Below are positions 59,890-64,000 of a DNA stretch of 64,000 bases, in pieces. Below the pieces are notes generated by a model that ran no database searches, was not told where the DNA came from, and was given only the letters and a program-made list of their open reading frames with translations. Origin of the DNA: Anthoceros angustus (taxonomy: Eukaryota > Plantae > Anthocerotophyta); assembly GCA_010909165.1 (NCBI GenBank), contig VJWM01000106.1, positions 930,001-994,000 on the forward strand, written 5' to 3'. The first letter of the stretch is position 1. The number at the start of each line of letters is the position of its first letter. A program made the translations under genes and the position numbers.

Positions 59890-61656
59890 TTCTATGAAGG
59901 AGAATGTCTTGCTGATGTGGGTCGGACACTTTCGTCCGTACTTGTTTGGACATCGATTTGACGATCAACGACCATCAACCCTTGCACCTTTGGTTGATGA
60001 CGAAAGGCAACAGGAAAGGCGAGGTGGGCTCTCATTCTCCGAGTATGACTTTGTCATCGAACACCGAGCGTAAGAGTTCACTCTAATCTTGATGGGTTGT
60101 CAAGAATCCTCTACCTCGAAGACACTACGGGGCGGGCAAGATTCGGATGGCGAGCAACCGTGGGAGAGTAGTCCAGATACCATGTTGGCCATCTTTGCAT
60201 GAGGATCTTGAAGACCCTCCACTCATCGCTTTGTGTCTGAGTCTCGGGGACATCAGGCGGATGCAATAGCGGTGACCTTCCTAAGGTCGGGAATTGCCAC
60301 AAGGGCTTTCATCTCGAGCGAGGCCAAGCTACGCGAGAAGGTGGCTCGGTACTATTGGAAGGAGGACATAATGTATGTCGTGATTACTGGAGATAGAATT
60401 GTACCCAAGCGGAGGACGGGTGAGACTCATCACCAGTGCATGAAGGCTTAGGGCATTTTGGTGCTAAGCGCACCTCTGACATGCTCGAGGCCCACACACA
60501 GGCAGGATGTATGGAGATGTGGAAAGGGTGCGGAATGTAGAGTGTGCAGTGAAGGCAAGGTTCACCAATGATGTTGTGCTTCACTCTCGATCAGGACTCT
60601 TCTACTGGAGTGTGGATCTCATGCCGGACATGCAGGAGCGTCGAAACAAGCATGTCATGCTAATGGTGGAGCATTTGACAAGTGGTGCGAGGTTGCCATC
60701 TTACCCAAGCGTGACTCTCGGCTTACCGATGGCGTTCTTGGCTTCGTTCTTAGTCGATATGGAGCATGTGCGAGAGGTTCTCAGACGGGGCAAAGAATTA
60801 GTGGGGAATTTCAAGACTTGCTTGACGGGGAGCTTGATTGATCATCGGCGTGCGTCGAGATCATCCTCAAGCCGATGGACTTCTGAGCGCTTGGTGCGGA
60901 CCTTCAAGCGGGCCTTGCGCAAATATTGTCTCACAAATGACCGAAGACATGGGATGAAGGGATGCCATACCTAGTGCTAGGGTGCAGGTGAGCAATCAAG
61001 CGACCTTGAGCAATTTTTCACCATACTACTTGTTGTATGGGCGACAACCATTTTGCCAAGCGTGAGGCAAGCAAGGCTACAAGCACCGGTGGATTGGCGC
61101 AATCCGGATGATTGCCTACGAGACACGGAAAGGCGGGCGAGCTTTTCAAGCGGATCATGCCCATGGCAATGGAGAACCTTGCCATAGCGCAACAGGATCA
61201 AGCTGCTATGCTTACACGAGGAGGACATGGAAACCCAAGGTGCGCAAGTTCGAAGTTGGAGATTATGTCTACACGCCGGAAGCGAGCAACACCTTGGAGG
61301 TATCCACCGGAGTCATCTTGCGGGTCGTGCGAGTAGGCAAAGATGGAGTGCTTGAGCTCGAAGGATCGATGGCGAAGATGGAAGGATCACCTCAAAGCTG
61401 CGCACCATGCCACTTACCCAATTTGGACCCTCAACTCGGCCTACAATGTGGCGTCCACCCAAAGACTTGGAGTGTCGGGTTTGTGGACGATCATGATGAT
61501 GATGTAATGCTTCTTTGTGATCGGTGCAATAGGGGATACCACATGTTTTGTGTTCAACCACCTCTTGACGACATTCCAGGAAGATTGGTTTTGTGCACAA
61601 TGCACTACATGAGGTGCGTCGTATGTAGTCCTACTAATGATAATGTTTTGACTTGA
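59890..61656 (+). pseudogene. RNase H end, DDE integrase and C-terminal PHD finger of the outer Gypsy
   Basis: RWALILSEYDFVIEHRA; zinc-binding HEGLGHFGAKRT..C.EC; WSVDL; GLSERLVRTFKRAL; FSPYYLLYGR; KFEVGDYVY; PHD (bridging two 1-nt shifts) ECRVCGRS.DDDVMLLCDRCNRGYHMFCVQPPLDDIP.EDWFCAQC = C4HC3 at about 61465-61605. Confidence 0.88.
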
Positions 61657-61767
61657 GTCTCACATTATCAGGGGATTGGTTTGCACCTATATCGATTAGA
61701 TTTGTTTGCTTGGTTGTTGGTCGAGGAAGTGCTTATATGAATTCAAGTGCTTACCTCGTCGGCGGGC

Positions 61768-62416
61768 CATCGTGTGATACTAATCTACGCACTTGGGTTT
61801 AGTGTTTGATTAGCATTAATTAATCTAATTACTTATCTTTAAGTAAGTAATTAGTGTTAATTAATCTAATGTGCTTATGTTAATTAAGCATTGATTAGTG
61901 TTAATTAATCTAAGGTGCTTATGTTAATTAAGCATTGATTAGTGTTAATTAAACATGGTTAGCAATAGCTAAGTGGATAAGCTCAAGTAATATGCTTTGG
62001 CATATTCCTTGCATATTATAGTGTATTCTTAGGATAAGCTCAAGTAATATGCTTTGGCATATTCCTTTATTAGTGTATTCTTAGGATATTTGCATCTTTG
62101 ATGCCAATAGGATATCTTAGGAATATGCCGATGCAGGGCTAGTATATATAGACCCTTCCATTGAGGACAAGCTCGGATCATAGCTTGTCCTCTAGATATC
62201 TAATGCAAGAGGCGTTGTGAGGAGGCCAAAGCTATGACTCAGAGGCGATGTGTGAGGAATTTGCGTGTTGTTCGTGGGAGAGTGTGTTTGTGCCACGATG
62301 CTACTCCCTCCTGTTGTTTATTGGTTTGCACCTATATATCCGCGTATTAGATTTGTTTGCTTGGTTGCTGGTTGAGGAAGTGCTTATATGAATTCAAGTG
62401 CTTACCTCGTGCGACA
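61768..62416 (+). repeat. 3' LTR of the outer Gypsy; its last approximately 95 bp (62320-62410) are also present at 61675-61759
   Basis: Preceded by purine-rich GGCGGG (61761-61766); ends GCGACA followed by GATC. Confidence 0.8.
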
Positions 62417-63077
62417 GATCCTTAGCTCTCGTGTTGAACTTCAGCTTTTCCTCCCATGTCCTCGCTGCGAGTACGCTACCTGTACTTTGTGAATTTTTTG
62501 CTAAGAAAGAATACCTTTGTACCACCTCATAAATGTATCATACGTACATATGATACTTATCTGATGTATCCTGTATAGTAAGCATACTCAGCTGCCCAAC
62601 TATCTACTGGCTCTTAGTCCACTGGAGTAGCGTGTCCTTGAATCTTCAACATGATGCATTGACCCGACTGGGACTCTATTATGCACTTCCTCCTAAGAAT
62701 GCAATTGAATCTTACCTCAATGTGAAATGTGAGAGTTAGTTCTTATTTGTGCAAGTGCAATTGTTTTTGTAGGCAGAGTGTGTGAAATGCTTGCTTGTTG
62801 CTCTACAAATTGTGCTTGAGAAAGGAACAACAAGCTCCTAAAAATGCCATGCACAAGAGTGCCTGAGAGTGTTCACTCTACCAGCCCCTTTTATAACTGG
62901 ACGATTGACACATCCCTGAAGATCGGAAGGCTCGGTGCATCGCACGCTGTCACGGAATGAGCATTCTACATGCCAAAAAGGGAAACGTACTTCATGGGTT
63001 GGCCTGGCATGCCGGCCTAGGAATTTAGACTAAATTCATGAGTTTTGTCATGAGTTTACGAGCTAGGACCATAGACG

Positions 63078-63400
63078 GTGGGTGTTTTTGATCCTTTTTT
63101 AGACGATTTCATTTTACAAAAACAATACTATGAAAAAAGAAAGATAGATAAAAATATCCTTAAATTAAAGATATTCAATTTTCGAGCACACAAGGCTTAC
63201 GTTAAATATTACTTAACTCGGAATCTCCAAATACACCGACAACAACTAGTGGCCAAGTTTCGTTGCAGGGACCACAAGCTCGAAGTGGTAACAAAGAGGA
63301 AGCATAAGGAATGTGCACAACATATCTGCCAGCAATGCTTTGTGGATGAAGTGGAAGATGAAGAACATTTTGTTTCACTTGTCCTGTAACATTTCAAGAT
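63078..63400 (+). pseudogene. 3' remnant of a non-LTR retrotransposon (LINE) ORF
   Basis: YLTRNLQIHRQQLVAKFRCRDHKLEV...ICQQCFVDEVEDEEHFV matches the FR..xHxL...CxxC...EDExH C-terminal pattern of RTE/RTEX/L2-type LINE proteins. No RT is visible. Confidence 0.6.
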
Positions 63401-63628
63401 CAATGAGCCCAGTTACCCATGGACCTTGTACAACGCCATTCCCTGAAACAGCTAATGCAAAAAGCACCCATGCACTTTGCACTCTACCTACAATGTATCG
63501 AGACAATAAGGGCAAAGCCAACTGAGACAATGTAAAATATTATATTAAATTATTAAAATTATGTAAATAAAATAATTATGCATCCAATCGCCGTCGTCAC
63601 GGGGTGTGTGACAATCACTGCGACATGT

Positions 63629-63685
63629 AAATGAATGAATGAATGAATGAATAAATGAATGAATAAATAAATAAATAAATAAATA
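63629..63685 (+). repeat. (AATG)n(AATA)n simple repeat, possible LINE 3' tail
   Basis: aaatgaatgaatgaatgaatgaataaatgaatgaataaataaataaataaataaat, about 240 bp downstream of the LINE-like ORF end. Confidence 0.8.
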
Positions 63686-64000
63686 GAGCTCTAGAGTCCA
63701 TTGAGGGATAAGTTATATGAGTGATGTTTATTTTAGCATCTTTATCCGATAAAAGTTTGAAATATTCTATGTGAAGAGACTATATTTTTATGATAATTGT
63801 TTATAATACTATCACATTTCATTTGACATTGATATCAAAACATTGTTCTTCTACAAAGTGGACAAGATTGTTGTCTTTGAAGCCATTGCAAAATACAGCT
63901 CTCATGAAAGGTATGTCTGCAACATCGCAATCTACATATACGATCACCTTGTTCTTGAGTTTCTATACATATACTACATATTTGATGTGGAATTTGGAAA

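Larger units (their letters stand above)
19123..62416 (+). mobile_element. Outer Ty3/Gypsy LTR retrotransposon with DNMT3-like and PHD domains (about 8.5 kb without nested inserts)
   Basis: Begins TGTCAT (19123), ends GCGACA (62416), with GATC on both flanks (19119-19122, 62417-62420). A terminal repeat of about 530 bp is shared by 19123-19654 and 61768-62311. Coding fragments rejoin across each insertion in Gypsy order PR-RT-RH-INT. Confidence 0.85.

Noticed and set aside
19123-62416. DIRS/Ngaro/PAT tyrosine-recombinase retroelement, suggested by split repeats and a methyltransferase
   Set aside because: A HHCC plus DDE integrase, TG..CA ends and a TSD are present. No tyrosine recombinase motif was seen, and the methyltransferase is C5-type rather than the adenine type of DIRS elements.

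Overview
Eukaryotic streptophyte (plant or charophyte-alga-like) nuclear DNA in two parts. 1-12.5 kb is a compact gene island with short introns: a plastid RbgA/DGP3-type GTPase (-), AP-1 sigma subunit (+), a DUF248/PMT-family putative pectin methyltransferase (-), tRNA-Lys(UUU) and SRP68 (-). 13.5-62.4 kb is a transposon nest that I resolved by termini and target-site duplications (TSDs). A 5.2 kb solo LTR (13481-18654, TSD GAGAG) comes first. It is followed by a Ty3/Gypsy element (19123-62416, TSD GATC, about 8.5 kb once inserts are removed) carrying three direct insertions: a Ty3/Gypsy element with 2 kb LTRs (23484-34379), a Ty1/Copia element (35781-57584) and a hAT-like DNA transposon (57769-59889). 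The Copia itself contains a Gypsy element with 4.2/5.4 kb LTRs (38555-53278, minus strand). A LINE-like 3' remnant lies at about 63.1-63.7 kb. Two results stand out. (1) The outer Gypsy polyprotein reads gag-protease-DNMT3-like C5 cytosine methyltransferase-RT-RNaseH-integrase-PHD finger, so it carries both a chromatin writer and a chromatin reader. (2) The giant-LTR family carries a long, conserved protein-coding region inside the LTR itself, so even its solo LTR carries the gene. Many frameshifts in the nest look like small-deletion or homopolymer assembly errors, so domain calls were made by manual frame-bridging and intactness cannot be judged. No searches were run.
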